Positions 25,606 to 27,919 of a DNA stretch of 27,919 nt are shown here, in pieces (the stretch's first letter is position 1; every line of letters starts with the position of its first letter). Origin of the DNA: an uncultured Iamiaceae bacterium. Lineage in GTDB: Bacteria; Actinomycetota; Acidimicrobiia; Acidimicrobiales; Iamiaceae. The position numbers were made by a program, and so were the translations under genes. The stretch lies in contig CAZEAV010000001.1 in assembly GCA_964510215.1 (NCBI GenBank), positions 1 to 27,919 of the forward strand, given 5' to 3'. The notes below the pieces were generated by a model. That model saw only the letters and a program-made list of their open reading frames with translations. It was not told where the DNA came from and did not search any database.

Positions 25606-26382
25606 ATGACTATCCGGAGTGTGGACGCCCTCACGGGCACAGAGCAGCGGGCTAGAGCCATTCTGATGGTGCTATTTTACGGCGGCCTCGCCGTCCTGAT
25701 GTTGGCCATCTTCACAGGTGCACTTGGCGCTGTGCTACCTGGTTCCATGGCGTCACACATCAGTGACGACAGCGAGGCCTACGTCTTCGCGCTGCTCCTG
25801 GGCGCTTGGATCCAGTGGGGTGTGTGGAGACTTCCATATGAGCGACTGGTGAAGCTCGGGGCGGCGCTTGGCGCTCTCTGTGGCGTGATCACGGTCGTTC
25901 TCCTGGTGACCGACCTCCCCGGCTCTGTCAAGACGCTGAACGAGACCTTCTTCGCGCTGGCGGTGCTGGTTCCATACGTCTCGCTGCGGCGGCCCTTGGG
26001 CTGGTGGCCGCACGTCTGTTCCATCGTTCTCCTTCTGGCAATCGTCGGTGGTGTGGGCTTGTGGCCCGAGTCGTTGTGGCGAACTCTCGCAGAGGGACTG
26101 ACGATCGTAGTCTTGGCGCCTTGGGCCTTCGATTTGCTCGATCGCACGATTCTTGACTTTCGGGCCGAGAACCAGCCGTGGATGCGGCCAACTCTCTATG
26201 GACTTCTGATCGCCATCCCGGTAGTTGTGGTGGCCCTTGGAGTCGAGCGACGAGTGGGGCACGGGTTGGTGCCGCAAACACTGGACTACATCGGGAGGAG
26301 TCAGGAGTCCTTCGTCGGACTGCTGCTGGTGTTGGTGTATTTCGCTCTGATCCGACGGAACCGCTCAGCTCACCTTGGTTGA
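25606..26382 (+). CDS. Hypothetical integral membrane protein
   Basis: About 7-8 hydrophobic segments across 258 aa; fills the gap between the flanking genes; no family recognised. Confidence 0.7.
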   Translation: MTIRSVDALTGTEQRARAILMVLFYGGLAVLMLAIFTGALGAVLPGSMASHISDDSEAYVFALLLGAWIQWGVWRLPYERLVKLGAALGALCGVITVVLLVTDLPGSVKTLNETFFALAVLVPYVSLRRPLGWWPHVCSIVLLLAIVGGVGLWPESLWRTLAEGLTIVVLAPWAFDLLDRTILDFRAENQPWMRPTLYGLLIAIPVVVVALGVERRVGHGLVPQTLDYIGRSQESFVGLLLVLVYFALIRRNRSAHLG

Positions 26383-26409
26383 GGGCCTCGAGAGTTGGGG
26401 CCGATCCCG

Positions 26410-27354
26410 CTACCGCATAAGTAGTTTGTCCCGCCTTGGGAGGGTGATGCTGCGCGCCATGGCCGGAAACCCATGACGGCGACGGATCGTCATCCACAAC
26501 AGCGGCGCCAGGAGAAGGGCCAGGACAAGGACCAAGGCGGTCACCGATGTTGGCATCCCCAACATCTTCAGCGAGGAAGCCAGCAAAACGAACGCCAGCG
26601 CGCGGCGGACCAGCCCGCCTGGTGCCCGCGAGGAGAGGTGCGCGCCCATCCACACTCCTGGGATCGACCCCGCGAGCAACGACAGCGTCACACCCATGTG
26701 CAGATCACCGAAGAACACGTGCCCCAGAGCGGCAGCCGCGACCAACGGCACCGCCTGAACTAGGTCGGTGCCGACGAGTTCACTCGCCTTGAGACCTGGG
26801 TACAGTGCCATCAGCGCGATGATGATGATTGAGCCGGCTCCCACGGAAGTCAGACCAACGACCACACCGCCGGCGACGCCCACAAGGACCGTGGGCACGA
26901 TACGTACCCTGAGAACTGGGGGTCCACTGGGGAGGGCCTTTCCCTTGCCGTCCCGGCGCCGCGCACGCTCCAGCAACCGCAGGTAGGCGCGGACGGTCAG
27001 TCCCGTGGCTGCAATGAGCAGAGCTATCCCCAATGCGACCTGGATAACCTCCTGTACCTGCTTCCCGTCTCCAAGCGCCCGGGCGATGAGGACACCGCCG
27101 AAGGCTGCCGGGACCGACCCCGCGACCAGCCACTTGACCAGGCCGAGGTTGACAGTGCCGTGGCGCAGGTGCACGAAAGATCCCACGGGCTTCATCACCG
27201 CGCTCGCCACCAAGTCGCTCGAAACGGCGGCTAGCGGAGGAACTCCGAACAGGAGCACGAGCGCCGGAGTCATGAGGGCACCGCCACCCATGCCCGTCAG
27301 ACCGACAATGATGCCGATCCCGAACGACGTGATCGTCATCATTGGATCGAACAC
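26410..27354 (-). CDS. TSUP-family transporter (sulfite exporter TauE/SafE-like)
   Basis: Two-fold repeated motifs GIIVGLTGMGGGALMTP..AVSSDL and VVGLTSVGAGS..LVGTDL; multiple TM helices. Confidence 0.92.
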   Translation of the reverse strand: MFDPMMTITSFGIGIIVGLTGMGGGALMTPALVLLFGVPPLAAVSSDLVASAVMKPVGSFVHLRHGTVNLGLVKWLVAGSVPAAFGGVLIARALGDGKQVQEVIQVALGIALLIAATGLTVRAYLRLLERARRRDGKGKALPSGPPVLRVRIVPTVLVGVAGGVVVGLTSVGAGSIIIIALMALYPGLKASELVGTDLVQAVPLVAAAALGHVFFGDLHMGVTLSLLAGSIPGVWMGAHLSSRAPGGLVRRALAFVLLASSLKMLGMPTSVTALVLVLALLLAPLLWMTIRRRHGFPAMARSITLPRRDKLLMR

Positions 27355-27619
27355 TGCATACCCTGCCTTCCCAACCGCAGCCGCGCGGTCGCGTTCTCCT
27401 CGCCCGGCAAGGGTGTACTGCGGGCCGCGACCGGGCGCTCGCCCGGCAGGCCCGAGTCATGGAGGCCGATTCGGTGACTCTGATCCATACCGATGACACT
27501 AACTAACGCCGTCTAGTTTGGTAGGAGAAATAGAGGAATTCTGACCACGATCCGGCTTGACTTCGGGTGGTGTGGGGTGTGTTTCTCGTTGTGGGTCTGG
27601 GCGTACCCTTGTCGTCGGA

Positions 27620-27644
27620 CCCCTGCCGATTCGTCGGACAGGGG
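27620..27644. terminator. Stem-loop upstream of mfd; possible terminator or 5'-UTR structure
   Basis: CCCCTG-CCGA-TTCG-TCGG-A-CAGGGG followed by CTTTC; 10-bp stem with one bulged base. Function not established. Confidence 0.35.
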
Positions 27645-27689
27645 CTTTCGTGCTGTCAACCTCCGCGTAGCCACTAGGAGCCCCCGCGC

Positions 27690-27919
27690 ATGAGCCTCAC
27701 CCCGTTGCTCGACGTCCTCGCCCAGGACGAGGGGGTCACCGCAGTCCTCGAGGCGGCCGAGACCGGGCTGCCGCTGGTCGACGTCGCCGTGGCATCCGGT
27801 GCCCGCGGCCCCTTGGTGGCTGCCCTCGCCGGTGCCCAGGAGCACGTCAAGGGCCACCCGATCCTTGCCGTCACGGCCACGGGCCGCGAGGCCGAGGACC
27901 TGATGAACTCGCTGCGCGC
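27690..27919 (+). CDS. mfd: Transcription-repair coupling factor, 5' end only
   Basis: Not in the ORF track (no stop in window); hand-translated MSLTPLLDVLAQDEG..HPILAVTATGREAEDLMNSLR, with the actinobacterial Mfd N-terminal motif LAVTATGREAEDL. AGGAG RBS at 27676-27680. Confidence 0.88.
   Translation, partial: MSLTPLLDVLAQDEGVTAVLEAAETGLPLVDVAVASGARGPLVAALAGAQEHVKGHPILAVTATGREAEDLMNSLR

Larger units (their letters stand above)
361..27354. other. Wzx/Wzy-dependent polysaccharide biosynthesis locus with four sulfotransferase domains
   Basis: Co-located priming transferase, Wzx, Wzy, two co-polymerase domains, GT2, GT26, epimerase, GH26, sulfotransferases, LicD and TSUP transporter. Confidence 0.85.

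Noticed and set aside
27355-27520. SAM-I or SAM-IV riboswitch upstream of the TSUP gene
   Set aside because: Only a short ATCAGAG-like match on the minus strand; the other conserved elements were not found by eye.
1-27919. CRISPR array, tRNA, rRNA, integrase
   Set aside because: No regularly spaced short repeats, cloverleaf, rRNA-like sequence or recombinase motifs seen.

Overview
Actinobacterial-looking DNA filled almost entirely by a ~27 kb Wzx/Wzy-type surface or exo-polysaccharide gene cluster. It is bounded on the left by the start of a cupin (mannose-6-phosphate isomerase-like) gene and on the right by the start of mfd. The cluster has a priming polyprenyl-phosphate glycosylphosphotransferase, a flippase, a GT26 (WecB/TagA/CpsF), a GT2, an NDP-sugar epimerase/dehydratase and a GH26-like lipoprotein. 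Its modifying enzymes are unusually many: four PAPS-dependent sulfotransferase domains of three types, a LicD phosphotransferase, an APH/choline-kinase-fold protein and a SAM methyltransferase, plus a TSUP (TauE/SafE) transporter. Two in-frame fusions stand out: Wzy/O-antigen-ligase with a polysaccharide co-polymerase, and sulfotransferase with GT2. Both Wzc-like domains look kinase-dead. The cluster also encodes a 1450-aa secreted propeller-malectin-PKD protein with an identical 872-bp internal duplication. A decayed IS1380-family element with IS-like ends and 5-bp CTAAG direct repeats brackets the methyltransferase gene. Best overall hypothesis (inference): a locus for a heavily sulfated, possibly phospho- and methyl-decorated actinobacterial polysaccharide with its own matrix lectin. 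No ATP sulfurylase or APS kinase genes, tRNA, rRNA or CRISPR array were seen. All family calls come from motif recognition by eye; no database searches were run.
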